Position numbers and translations under genes: made by a program. From the NCBI GenBank assembly GCA_964016885.1, contig OZ024741.1:21886001-21950000 (forward strand): DNA of 64,000 nt, read 5' to 3'. Origin of the DNA: Eledone cirrhosa. Its lineage: Eukaryota. The notes under the pieces were generated by a model that had not been told where the DNA came from, ran no database searches, and was given only the letters and a program-made list of their open reading frames with translations. Numbering within the stretch: position 1 is the stretch's first letter; each line of letters begins with the position of its first letter. Below are positions 40,435 through 53,292 of the stretch, in pieces.

Positions 40435-40644
40435 GCTGCCAAGAAAGAAATTTTCGGCAAAAATAGATATTTATTTTACCCCCTAAAAAGGGGGTAAATG
40501 CAAAAATGTTTCCCTAAATAACAGGGGTTAGTGTTCCAAATGTGTTGCACTGAAAAATTTATCCGGTACTTACAATAGTAAGGGTAAATCCCGATGGAAT
40601 AGCGGAGCCGATGTGAAGCGTGTCTTACTCTATCAAGATAGATA

Positions 40645-43600
40645 AATTTCTATTTATTTGCCACGAGGGCACAAAAGAAGGGGACATTTACACAGTGGGG
40701 GAGTTTACATAAATCGAGTAAAGAAAAAAGGAATAACAATAATAATATAACAATAAAAAGTCCTCAAAAGGGAGGGGGCGTGTTGGGGATTGCACATACC
40801 CCCGAAAAGTGTGCAACTCTTTTCGCGGGGGAAGCCCAGAGAGGAGGCGCTCCCCCTTTCCTCTTCACTTCTTCACCTACAGAACAATGTAGAGAGAAGG
40901 CCCATTTACACGGGCCATTCTCGCTTCTTTCACCCACCTTTCATAAAACTGTCTGGGACCAAGCACTTCTCTCTCCATCCTGATTCTTCTTCCGAAGTGG
41001 TATCGGAAGAAGTAAACCAGGTGATGGCCGGAGAGAAAGTCACCCGACCTCAGACCTTTCAGGCGCGTCCACCACACAACCTCTTTCATCATGGCTATTA
41101 CGCACAGAAAGACCGCCTCTGCTTCATTTCTGAAGGGAGGAGGCGGCTTGGTGTTCACCACAGACTCGGCGGTTAATCGAATCGGCGCCACACGCGACAG
41201 CAGTCGTTCGACGTAGCCCCACAGATCGGCAACGCCCGGGCAGTGTACCAGTGCATGCGCAACGGTTTCCTCGTCGCGCACGCATCTGGGACAGATCTTT
41301 TTCGCGGGATCCCTGCCCGGGCGCCCGTGTCTGTAGAGCTTTTCTCGAACGGGCAGAGCCCCCCGGTAACACTGCCAGGCTAGGGACCTCTGGAAGTTGT
41401 CCATGGGTCCCGGGCCGAAAGTTCTACCGAACAGGCTGGCCAGTTCGTCTTCCTCCATGCCTAGCGACTCTCCAAGGGTGTCGTCGCCCCTGCTAGCCAC
41501 CAACCCTCTATAGAATGTCGAGGTGGATTCTCCACTGACAGTCGGGTCCGCTTGCCAGATAGCCGTGAGCGCCTGGGCACACTCAGTGTGCCAGTTGCCC
41601 AGTTTTCTCGGTCTTTGCTTCACCCAGGATTGCAGTTCGGTGAGCGAGACGAGCTGTGGGAAGGCTCGCCTCACAAACGGGGCCTACACCGGCTGACCGT
41701 TGAGGAATACCTGTAGATGCCGTAGCCTCAATGCGTGCCTACGCATCAACAGCCACGGCATACCCAGCCCTCCTTTCGAAGGGTGCTGGCAGCAGATGGA
41801 TCTCCTCACCATGGGAGGCCGCTTCTTCCAGAGGAACTGGAAGAGCATGCGTTCCATGATGGTGAGCTTTTCCTTGGGGCAAGGCACGACGGTCAGGCGG
41901 TAGTAGATGACGGACGCTATGTAAGCGTTCGTCACCTCCGCCCGACCTTTCAGTGATAGTTTGCACTTGGCCCACTTCTGGGTCAGCGCAAACACCCTGC
42001 TCGTCACCTCGCCCCAATTCTTCTCCACCTGGAGGTCCGGTCCGAACCAGACCCCGAGCAGCTTCACCGGGCCCTCCGTCCACCGCCCGACGACACCGTC
42101 TAACGGCATCGGTTTGCCCCTCCACGTTCCGAGTTGCAAACCGACTGACTTGTCCTGGTTCAGCCTAGCCCCCGTCAGCCTTTCGTATTCCTCCAGTAGG
42201 GTGGCGATCGCCCCGATTTCCGAGGCGTCCGCCACCATTACTGTTACGTCGTCGGCATAGGCCGAGACCGCTTTGTGCAATCCCGGTTCCAGGGGTATGC
42301 CCCGCAGCAACTCCAACTTCCGCAGCAGTGGCTCGAGAGTCAATACGTACAGAAGGGAGGAGAGGGGGCACCCCTGTCTGATGGATCGGGTGATTTGAAA
42401 CGGCTCCGAGAGGTAGCCGTTTACTTTAATCCTAGAGTAGATGTTGCCACTGTGCATGGCAGAAATCCAGCCCCTGAAAACGGGTCCGAAGCCCGCCGCC
42501 GCTAGCACCGCATCCAGGTAACCATGGTCGACCCTATCGAACGCCTTAGATTGATCCAAGTTGATCAGGGCCCCACCAAAGCCGGGTTCGTAGCCAACCC
42601 TCTCTATGATGTATCGCATGAGGTGGAGGTTGTCGTGAATGGACCTGGACGGGATAGCGCATGTCTGCGCGTCTCCCACCAAACCACCCACCACAAGCGC
42701 CAACCTCTTCGCCAACACCTTGGCCAAAATCTGTAACTCTGCATTCAGCAGAGTTATGGGCCTAAAGTTACTTAAGTCGTCCCCCTTGCTCTCGTCCTTC
42801 CTCACTAGCGTGACCACGCCCTTGGTCACAGAACAGGGAATTCTCCCGTTCTGTTGCCAGTTGCAATAGACAGCCTCGAGGAGTTCGGAGAACAAGACCG
42901 GCATAGCTAAATAAAGTTCGTATGGTAGACCATCGAGACCCGGGGATTTGCGTCTGCTGCATTGGCTGAGCGCTTCCCCGATTTCAGTGGCTGTGATTGG
43001 CCTTTCGCAGCACTCCGCTTCGCCGCTCGAAAGACGCGGTAGACCGTCGAGGTATGGACCGAAGTCCACATCCCCGTCCGGCCCCCCGCCACCTCCGAAC
43101 AGTCGAGCAAAGTGCCTTTGAAAGGTCTCGCACATTCGCTCAGGTTCAAGGATCACCCGTCCATCCTGGTCTCGCAAAGACCGAATGGTGGATTTAATCC
43201 CACTCTTGGCTTCTGTCACGCGGGCCCAGCTAACAGCTTTGGTCCCCTCGTTTCCTAAAGCACGTATTTTACTTCGGACAACGCAGCCTTCGTGCTTCGC
43301 GTCAAAGAACTGGCTCAATGCCGTTCTCGTCGCTAACACTCTGGCTACGTCTCCGCTCCTAATCGCCTCTTCTAGTTTATCTGTTAACTCCCTTTCCCTC
43401 CTATTTCTATTCGCCGCTAGTTCCTTACTGTAACCTATCGAACTTACTCTAATCTCTCTCTTTAGAGATATCCACCACCTACTGTTGACGATCGCTCCCG
43501 TCAACTGCATCTTAACTAAGCTACTAATCCGGTTTCTGTAATCTTTCTTTGTCGGTAAGGACAAGTTCATCTTCCAGTAACCGGGACCCTGTCTATGCGT

Positions 43601-46351
43601 TCTATCAAGGTTGACCACGCAGGTCACTAATTTGTGATCTGAATAGCCAACCATGATCAGTTCTGGACAACTAAATACGTCCCTATCCTTACTCCTAACC
43701 AAAAACCTATCTAGGTACGATCTAGATTGTCCACTGCGGTTTGCCCAGGTCCAGGTTGGCGCAGTTGGACAATCTAGTCGAAATCTATCGACCAGGTCGA
43801 ATCGATCGAGTAACCACTTGAGGCTGCTACACCCCCCTCTATCGAGACATGCCCCTGCATAGTCCCAACGCGCATCTAGGATTCCATTCCAGTCCCCCAC
43901 TAAAAGCAGGGAACGCGACGTTCCTAGAAAAGTCTCCAGACGTTGGAAGAAGTCGGCTCTTTCCGCCCCGAAGGGAGCATAAAGACCGACCAGTCTGAAA
44001 GCCCCGCCTTCACCGCCTCCGACGTCCAGCACCAGTAATCGACCCCCCGGGTCCGAGTGAACAATCTGTACGTCGAGAGTCAGACGTTTATCCAGCAGTA
44101 CGGCAACTCCCCCCCCCCCCCCCGCCTCCGGGTTGACAGAGAGATGCGTGCATCTCAAAGTCATCGAAGGCGGGCGCCAGCTGTCTCACGCTGCTGATCC
44201 GACTCTCGCAAACAACCATCACATCTATACTTTGTGACCTGAGGTCACTTAGAAGCTTTGCTTGCTTCCAAGCTGAGCCCAGGCCACGCGCGTTCAAACA
44301 GCCAACTCTCAATTGATCTATTTTGGTGTTGAAAGTGAAGAAAGAAAAGCACTTACCTCTCCGGGTTGCGTAATTTCCATGGCATCAGGTGTGTTGGGTG
44401 GAGGGATGTTTTGTGGTGGTGTGGGGGTACACGTGTGTGGTGGGGTTGGGGTATTTGGAGTTGTGTCAGGGAGAGGGGCGGTTATGGGGAAATCTTTCAA
44501 GAGGACGCGATTCAACGGTTTTAAACAGGGGGGGCTCACGTCCCGTCTAAATTGTTCTTTTAAGGAACGATAAAGGTCCAGAGGGACCTTTATCATTTTT
44601 AAATGGGTGAAGTTCTCTGTTGAGATAAAGTTTGGCCCTTCGGTCTGCACCATAGGGTTATTGTTTATTAATTTAACCAGTTTTTTGTTTTCTTTATTTA
44701 TATATGTGTATTGCAACGTCTTTTTTTGTGATGCTGTCAATGTTTCGGAGAGGGGAGGCGCAGATTTATTTTTGTTTGTTGAGGGTGGGGTGTTTTTGAT
44801 TGGAGTTGGTGTTTGTGTGTGGGTTATTTGTGGTGTGCTGGGTGTGTGTTTTCTTTTTTTTCTTTTAACTTGTCTGAAGGCTTCTCCTCCTTCTTCTTCA
44901 GAAGTTGGGGGAAACTCTTCAGCGCTAGGTGGGAGGGACGTGTTGTGTGGTTGTTTTTTTTTGCGGGAGGGGTAGATTTGTTACTGTTTTTTTTATTATT
45001 TGTTTGGAATGGGTTTTGTGGTGGTGGTGGTAATGTTTGTGTCGTGCTTGTGGTTGGTGATGGTGGTGGTGATGTTTGTGTTGTGGTTGGTGGTGGTGAT
45101 TTTTGTGTCGTGCTTGTGTTTGGTGCTGGTGGTGGTGATGTTTGTGTTGTGTTTGTGGTTGGTGGTGTCTGTATTTTGTTTGCTGTGTGTGGTATTAGTG
45201 TATTTTTGGAGGTGGGTGGTGTTGGTGTACTGTTTGTGGTGGGTGTGGGCAATAGTCCTTTTTGGGGGATACGTTTCGGGCAGTTAGCCTTAACGTGTCC
45301 CCTTTCCATGCATAAATAGCATGCTGGTCTTCTCCCCTCTACAATTATGTCTATTGGGGTAAGGTCATCCAGCCAGATGCGATCCGGGATTTGTGCTATT
45401 CTTTCGGGCCTCATTTGGACTAGTATGTCGAGGCCCATTCCCAGGAACGCATCTCCAGTTGCCTTCCCCATTGACAGCATTGTGTCTTCGCCCATATCAA
45501 TGAAGCCAGCAATAGCCCACCAGAAGTCCATTGTGGGCAGCATTGTTTTTACTTTTACTCTCTGTGTTCTTCTACCCATGTAGGAGGGATAGAAGCTATA
45601 TGTTGTCGACGAGAGTGGGCTTAGGGAAAGCTTCTCCGCCGTTTCTTTGTCTCTTGTTAGGACCGAAATGCTGCCATAGAGTCGGTCCTTTCGTATGAAG
45701 AGAATATTCTTCATATAGTCTTTTAGGACTAACTCTATTTCCATTTGGCTGGGCTGTGCTGGCTTTCTTGTCTGGTTCAGTATAGTTCTGTAGAGAACTG
45801 TGTTTTCTGCTCTGGCTTTCTTGAATTCTGGGGGGGAGTTAATGGAAAACATTCCGTTCTCCCCTAAAACAATGTGTTTCTTTGCTTCGGCCAGTTTTTC
45901 TCTGGCGGCAGTTAGGTCAATTGGTGTGTATGTAATGGATTGTTTTGTTTTCTGGGCGAAAGTTGCCCTGTCGTTATTTGTATTATTTTCTGTTTGTTTG
46001 TTTTCTGTTTGCTCATTTTCCTTAACATTTGTTTTTTCATTTTGTTTGTTTGTTTCAATGTCTAATTTTGTTGTAATTATTTTTTGTTCTTCAGACTTGG
46101 GGGGCGTGGAAGAGCTAATGGCAGACATGTCTGCCATCTTTTCCGCCATGCTGCCAAGAAAGAAATTTTTCGGCAAAAATAGATATTTATTTTACCCCCT
46201 AAAAAGGGGGTAAATGCAAAAATGTTTCCCTAAATAACAGGGGTTAGTGTTCCAAATGTGTTGCACTAAAAAATTTATCCGGTACTTACAATAGTAAGGG
46301 TAAATCCCGATGGAATAGCGGAGCCGATGCGAAGCGTGTCTTACTCTATCA
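40645..46351 (-). mobile_element. Full-length Tx1-clade element, subfamily G, copy 2
   Basis: Near-identical to copy 1 at an offset of ~5710 bp; ORF1 frameshift in an A run (~44960), ORF2 G-run frameshift and a stop at 41684. Confidence 0.95.
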
Positions 46352-46384
46352 AGATAGATAGATAGATAGATAGCTAGATAGATA

Positions 46385-47375
46385 TATTTCTTTATTTGCC
46401 ACAAGGGCGCACAAGAAAAGGGGACAATACAAAGACATGCCGGGGATTTTACATACAGTCGTGTAAAAAATATAAAAACAAACAATTACAACAATCGAAA
46501 TCCCCAATAGGGGGGAGGCGCCACAAATGGGTTGTTTAATACCCCGTCGATAGAACAACCCTCAACTCCAGGAGCGTGTTGTGCAAGTGCTCCTTTCTTC
46601 CTTTTGCTCTCTCCCTCAACCTACAGGCTTATAAACAGAGAAGGCCCAATCACTCGGGCCATTTTCGCTTCATTCACCCACCTTTCAGTAAATTTACTGG
46701 GGTGCAGTGCCTCTCTCTCCACTCTGATTCTCCTTCTAAAGTGATACTTAAAGAAGGGAATCAATTGTTGTCCGGAGAGAAAGGCATCTGTCCTCAGTCC
46801 TCTCAACCTCGTCCACCATATAACTTCTTTCACCATAGCCACCGTACAGAGGAAAACCGCCTCTCTTTCGTTTGTCCCAGTTGTTCTGCATAGTTCCACA
46901 GGTCGCTTACGCCCGGGCAGTGTACAATTGCGTGCAGGACTGTTTCAATGTCCTGCGCACATCTTGGACACGTCCTCTTGGAAGGATCCCTGCCGGGGCG
47001 TCCGTGCCTGTAGATCTTGTCACGAACCGGTAGAGCTCCTCGGTAGCACTGCCAGGCCAGGGACCTCTGGAAGTTGTCCATAGGTCCCGGGCAGAAAGTC
47101 CTACCAAACAGACTGGTGAGCTCATCGTCTTCGACGCCCAGAGTCTCCCCGAGCACGTCGTCGCCCTTGTAACGTACAATCCCTCTATAGAATGTCGAAG
47201 TGGAGTCTCCACTGATTGCTGTGCCCGCTTGCCAGAGGACTGTGAGCGCCTGAGCGCATTCAATGTGCCAGGCGCTCATCGTTTTCGGTCTTTTCTTCAC
47301 CCAGGACTGCAGCTCCGTCAGCGAGATGAGCTGTGGGAAAGCCTGTCTCACAAACGGTTGGGGGTCGGTGAGGAA
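46385..47375 (-). mobile_element. 5'-truncated Tx1 subfamily A copy with internal deletions, between (GATA)n tracts
   Basis: Reverse complement of ~20310-21378; (GATA)n at 46352-46384 and 47376-47420. Confidence 0.9.
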
Positions 47376-47445
47376 AGATAGATATATAGATAGATAGATA
47401 GATAGATAGGGATAGATAGGAAGAGAGAGTGACAGGATATATATA

Positions 47446-47605
47446 TAGGAAAATGTTCAAGACCCCGACGGCAGAGCTCAAGCCGTCGGGGTTACAGCTC
47501 TGCCGTCGGGGTCTTGAACATTTTCCTATAACCCACTCTACTACCCTAAGTATTTAGTACTCTGGTGCGTTATGGTCCACCTGGTTCCTTACCACACTTC
47601 CTTCG

Positions 47606-47608
<3 letters not shown>
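47446..47608 (+). mobile_element. Fourth copy of the (TA)n-flanked foldback/hammerhead-half element
   Basis: Matches 9990-10106; 5' inverted arm taggaaaatgttcaagaccccgacggcagagct. Confidence 0.8.
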
Positions 47609-47672
<64 letters not shown>

Positions 47673-48148
47673 CAGGTGGTCAGGAAATCATTTAATTAAG
47701 ATTAATTAATTTGTAATGTTTGTTGTACGTGACAATTTTCTGCTGACGACTCCATTAAGACATGCACCACCATAGAAGTCATGTAAGAATTGGTGAGAAG
47801 CAGACGATTTCCGGGAACATGGCGATTTTGTTCTTGATAACCAGGAAAAAGAAGTGAAAACTATGGACATATGCCAATTAAATTAAACAAATAACTAACA
47901 CATATTTGAAGGGAGTCAGTATATTTTTTCAGAAAGCTCAGAATATATCGTATTGTTAAGACTTTATCTGTTTCACCGAATACAAAACTTTGTAAGCAAT
48001 CCCTCAGCATCTTTCTATTTCTCTTTCATCTCTTAATATGAAGATGGGGATGGAGTGATGGAGCCGTAACAAAATACTTCTTTAGATATTGCAGAGATCA
48101 AAGAGCGAGTTATAAGAAGAAACGGGAAAAATCGTGTGAAAATGTAAG

Positions 48149-48320
48149 ATGGCGATGATACGTCCGTCATCTGCGACTATAGCAAGTCTCTATATTACAT
48201 TCCTGGCTTTTGTCTTGCTCTGTATTTACAGTTTCACTCCAATCAATGACCGCTTTATCGTGGAGAATGTTAACTATGGAGTCGGCTTCCTTCTTTTATC
48301 AGCTTTCATTTTAGTTTCTG
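48149..48320 (+). CDS. Candidate first coding exon of a host membrane protein (two hydrophobic segments)
   Basis: aagATGGCG start context, open frame MAMIRPSSATIASLYITFLAFVLLCIYSFTPINDRFIVENVNYGVGFLLLSAFILVS, ending at a consensus donor CTG|GTAAGT; non-repetitive sequence. Confidence 0.55.
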
Positions 48321-49206
48321 GTAAGTAGAATATCGTCTGGAGTTATTTCTCTCTCTTTCTTCATTCACCCCTCTGTCTGTTTCTTTGTTAATCTGTTTAT
48401 ATGTATGTTGTTGACCAGTGTAGGTTTGTTATATGCTGTAAATGGCAAGATAAAATTATGTATTGGATATCATCCCTCAGATACTGTATGGACAAAGATC
48501 TCTGTTGAAAGATCTCTAGTTGGAAGGGTTATTTTTCTGTAGGCTTTTAATTTTAATTCTAATTTTAATTTCCTTAGAACCCTGGCTTGGAGAGATTGAA
48601 TGATATTTGAGAAAATCGTAAAAGAAACTTCTGTACATCATGGATTAGAGTGGCAAACACTTGTACAACGTGAGTACCACTCTTGAAGTCTCAGTGGTTA
48701 TTATCTGATGACAACCCTAAACAGCATGACCAGTAATCATGTAAACTGCAGGTTTCACTCCAGAGTATCCTTGTCTTAGAAGAATACCTTAATAACAGTT
48801 CGGGCTCCTTCACTCCCAGGGGACATACTGCGCTCCCTGTCACTAACTAGGGAGATTTCTAAGTTCCCACGCACAATTAGGTTTCATGTTTATGACTAAG
48901 GAATCTCATTAACCCCGACTGACTGTCATCCAAGGCTGACGAGTTCTGTCTATCCGGAGAAACTAGTTTTAAGGGCCAGTAACTCGCTTTTGTCTCTTCT
49001 TGTCAGTTACAAACATCTCCACCACAGGAAGGCCAAGAGCTTGGTTTCGGTTGTCAGAGGCTACGAGACAATCTTTTTGGGGTATTTTTGTAGAGAGTAG
49101 ATTCTCAGGCCTACTTCCTTCCCGGCAATGACAACCTTAGGAAATACATATGTACATATATACATACATATGTACATATATACATACATATGTACATATA
49201 TACATA

Positions 49207-49793
49207 CATGATGATGGCTTCCCCCTCGTTATTGAGTATGGCCATTGCACGATATACCATTATTAATAATTATTAATTAATTATATCGTGCAATGCCTGG
49301 GCGTGAAGATATTTTTCAAAGTGAGGAAAGACTGTGCACTGAGCCAATCCCACTCTCTGACAGTAGCTATAACTCGAAAAGAAGAAAAGATCAACATCAT
49401 CGGTAACTACTGAGCCGCAGGTTTTATGTCGGAGTTATCTCAGTTTCCTGAGCTGCTTTCTCCTAGAAGAAGGACCTAACAAAGGCTAGAGGTCCTTCAC
49501 TCCCAGTGGTTTAACCGCACGATCGGGTATCCAGCCCGACTATTTCTTTGTCCCCGCGCATATACATACACATACATATGTATATACATATTTACACATT
49601 TTTGGATGGTCGTTGACTATCATGAGTTATTCCGCCCTTTGTCAGGTTTCGTTTTTTGTCCTGCAGGGTGTCCAAAATCACCCTCCTCACCATGTAAACT
49701 TGGTGGGGTTGCCGGTTTAGTCGCCAACGACCCGACCATGCGACAGGTTGTACTGGGTTACATGGTACCAGTAGCACTCAAGAGTGACCCGAC
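49207..49793 (-). mobile_element. Non-autonomous RTE-derived element (5' part joined to 3' tail)
   Basis: ~49600-49720 is the reverse complement of ~62915-63035; the tail tggccatactc..cgag..gcca resembles 63418-63450. Confidence 0.6.
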
Positions 49794-49861
49794 ATAAATA
49801 CACATATATACACATATACACATATATACATACATATATATACACACACACATATACATAC

Positions 49862-49956
<95 letters not shown>

Positions 49957-50053
49957 CATTTAGACATACATATTCACACGTATATACATATACACATACA
50001 TATATACGCACACACATATGCACATACATACATACACTGATATATATACATAT

Positions 50054-50099
<46 letters not shown>

Positions 50100-50150
50100 C
50101 TGTTAGCTTCTCGCTAAAACAATTTCTATACCTTTCATTTATATATATAT

Positions 50151-50185
<35 letters not shown>

Positions 50186-51070
50186 CAAATATCAAGCAAA
50201 CAAACCAAACCAATCCGAGAGATAAGTGATTAGTTAAGAGATAAATATATGTAATCAAACATTTGTTTTTGTTATACATACATACATAACAGTCAGTCAA
50301 CGCGATCAGTCGCATATTTTGGCGTGGGAGACTATTTATTAAATTTAAGATGAATACTATCTCCGACAGTAATGCCACAACTACAGTCGTGTTGTATAAC
50401 TGGTTATTCTTCTAACTACCCCTTCTGAAGACACCTTTTATTCGAATTCGTAGAGATATCCGACTAAATACATAATTCATTTTACAAGGATTTGCTACAA
50501 ACAGCATGGCTGAACACAACATCAACAAAAAAATTAAGGAAGTATCGAAGACAAATAACAAGGAAGGTAATCAAACTTTATTCAGTTGTAGCTACAGAAG
50601 AAACCGAAATTATAAATCGCATTTCTCTTGGAGTTGCGAACTTAATAATGATTTATTTAATTGTTATAAAATGGCAAAAAACAATCCCTCCATTGGCTAT
50701 ATGAATAGAATGAAGCTACACTGGGACGAAATGCACCCAGAGCTAAATTATTTCACAGCGAAACAATTACGCCAACAAGCGACGTTTGTTGAACGTAAAT
50801 ATAAGATAAATATTATTAATTGTAAGTCCCCCACAACAAACATGGAATCAACACGTGCTACAGGTCGCCATGCTACTAGACTTCCTAGCAGCCAGGTCGA
50901 ACAGCGCCTTGAAACAACTATGCCTGTAAGAAACTTGACACCACCTGTACCATCTAAGTCTACCTCGAATACTGGGGAAAACACTATCGATAATAATAAT
51001 AATCGAATAAATGTGACACCACGTATACCATCCGAGTCTACCTCGACTGTTGTGGAAAATACTATCGATA

Positions 51071-51257
51071 ATTGTTTCTACTTTAGGCACAAGGCCAGCA
51101 ATTACCCAGTGCATTACTGGTACTTTATTTTATCGACCCCGTAAGGATGAAAGGCAAAGTCAACCTCGGCGGGATTTGAACTCAGATCGTAAAGGGACGT
51201 AACTATGCTGGAAAGCATGGCGTCCGACCCTCTACCGATACTGCCAATCCACCACCC
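51071..51257 (-). mobile_element. tRNA-derived SINE
   Basis: Minus strand A box TGGCAGTATCGG and B box GAGTTCAAATCC; multiple homologous copies in the window. Confidence 0.85.
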
Positions 51258-51260
51258 TTT

Positions 51261-53292
51261 CACTGTGAAAATAATAACATCATCACAGATGAACAAGCAG
51301 CTGGAAAGAACGGGGTTTGGGGATGTGCTGAACAACTCCTAATCAACAAAACTGCGATGTCGGAGGTGCGACAACTTAGGAGGAATATGACTACAGTCTG
51401 GCTGGACTACAGGAAAGCTTTCGATTCTGTTCCCCACTCTTGGATGATAGAAGCCCTCCAACTTGCTAAAGTCCCAGACATTATTGTCAGAGCCATAGAG
51501 AGGCAGTCTTCTTCTTGGGCTACTATCCTAAGGTTAAGACGGAGAGGGAGGACTCTATTTTCACTGATAAAATAAAATATTGCAGGGGTATATTTCAGGA
51601 GGACAGTCTCTCTGTGATATTGTTCATCTTGTCATTAAACCCCTTGTCCTTTCTGCTCAAGAAATGTGAGGGATACATCATAGGCTCACAGGAGGACAGA
51701 AACACGAACCTAACCCATAATTTCTTTGTGGACGATCTGAAACTCTATGCCAAGAACATGGATGGGATGAAGAAAAATCTCGACCTAGTTACAACGTTCT
51801 CAAAGGATATAGGAATGGAGTTTGGCCAAGATAAATGCTCATACATGACTGTAAAGCGGGGAAAAACAACAACCCAATCTAGCAACATTGTCATCAATGG
51901 TCTAACTGTTTCACCGATATCTGATGATGACTGCTACAGATACCTGGGGATAGATGAGAACATATCCTATAATGGTATCTGTAATAAAGAACGCGTAACC
52001 AGGGAATACTACACCCGATTAAGAAAGATCTGGTCATCGGAACTCTCTGCGCAAAACAAAACAGTGGCTCACAATGTGTTTGCTGTGCCTGTCCTAACAC
52101 CAACGTTTGGAATACTCAATTGGACGATAGACGAAATCCGAGCAGTTGATGTTGGAACTCGAAAAATACTGAACAACACCGGAAACTTCCACATCAACAG
52201 TGACATAGACCGCCTTACTTGAAACGTAAGCAGGGCGGCAGAGGTCTAACATCAGTCCAGACAGCATTTGAATGTCGCATCATATCTCTCCGACAACATC
52301 TACGAACCTCGAAGCGTAGGAGCCCGTTTCTCGAGCAAGTCTATCTGAATGAAACAGATAAGATCATGAGAGTTGGGAAGGAACCCCTTGAGAGATATTC
52401 CCTGTGTGATAATCAAAAACTCACACCCAGGGATGTCGCTCAGCAGTATCGCAGTGAATCCATGGATGAAAAACTGCATGCTTATCATCAAAAAATCATG
52501 CATAGATATGTTGCCAGGAAGCTCCAGAGTGAGAGTAATATTGATAAGGAAAGTAGTCTATCTTGGACCAACAACCGCTATATTGGCTCCCACTTTGAAG
52601 GATACGCTTTTGCAATCCAGGAACAGGAGATTAGCACGAAATACCTGATTCACAAAAGAGATAGAAATGCAGGCAAAACACCTAGATGTGATAACAAGTG
52701 CAGACTCTGCAGAACTAACATTGAGGATATCACCCATGTCATCAGAAGCTGTCCAAGGATGTCATCGCGGTACTATCTACCTATGAGGCATGATGTAGTG
52801 TCCAAAACACTGTACAATGGAGTTCATATGAAAGATAGCCCCGATAATAAACACATTAAAAGCTACAACAATGTGGAAGACATCCATGTACATAATATGA
52901 AAGAGTACTGGTGGAATGTTCCAGTAAAAACCCCAATAAAATGCAGGCATAACAGACCAGATATTATGATATGGGACAGGGAGAAGAAAACATGCACAGT
53001 AGTGGAAATTAGCTGCCCAGCAGATGCCAATATAATATCAAAGATTAGTGAAAAGGAGAATATTTATGCAGAACTGATGAGAAATCTGCAGATACTCCAC
53101 CCTGATTACACCTTCAGATTTATGCCTGTGATTATTGGGGCACTGGGATATGTTAGTAACTGCCTCAATACAAATCTCGAGAAGCTAGGCTTCACAGGAA
53201 CAGAAAGAACACAAGTAGTTAGGAAATTACAAGTACAATCCATTAATGGAACAGTAAAAATATGTAAAACATTCCAAAAATGTTGCATCTAA
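51261..53292 (+). pseudogene. RT-RLE ORF of the R4-like element, frameshifted
   Basis: Pieces 51357-51575, 51515-52222 and 52219-53292 are colinear. Confidence 0.85.

Larger units (their letters stand above)
34935..40635 (-). mobile_element. Full-length Tx1-clade element, subfamily G, copy 1 (almost intact)
   Basis: Intact 610-aa ORF1; ORF2 open for 1093 codons after one frameshift in a G run; TATC spacer at both ends. Confidence 0.95.

Noticed and set aside
38891-40486. Antisense V/G/C-rich ORFs over Tx1 ORF1 and ORF2
   Set aside because: Shadow frames of compositionally biased retrotransposon coding sequence.
48936-48970. CTGACGA...GAAACTAGTT hammerhead-like motif
   Set aside because: Helix I cannot form and the helix II closing pair is missing; it lies in what looks like a reversed LINE 5' region.
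51180-51257. tRNA genes at A/B-box sites
   Set aside because: No cloverleaf; the boxes belong to multicopy SINE heads.
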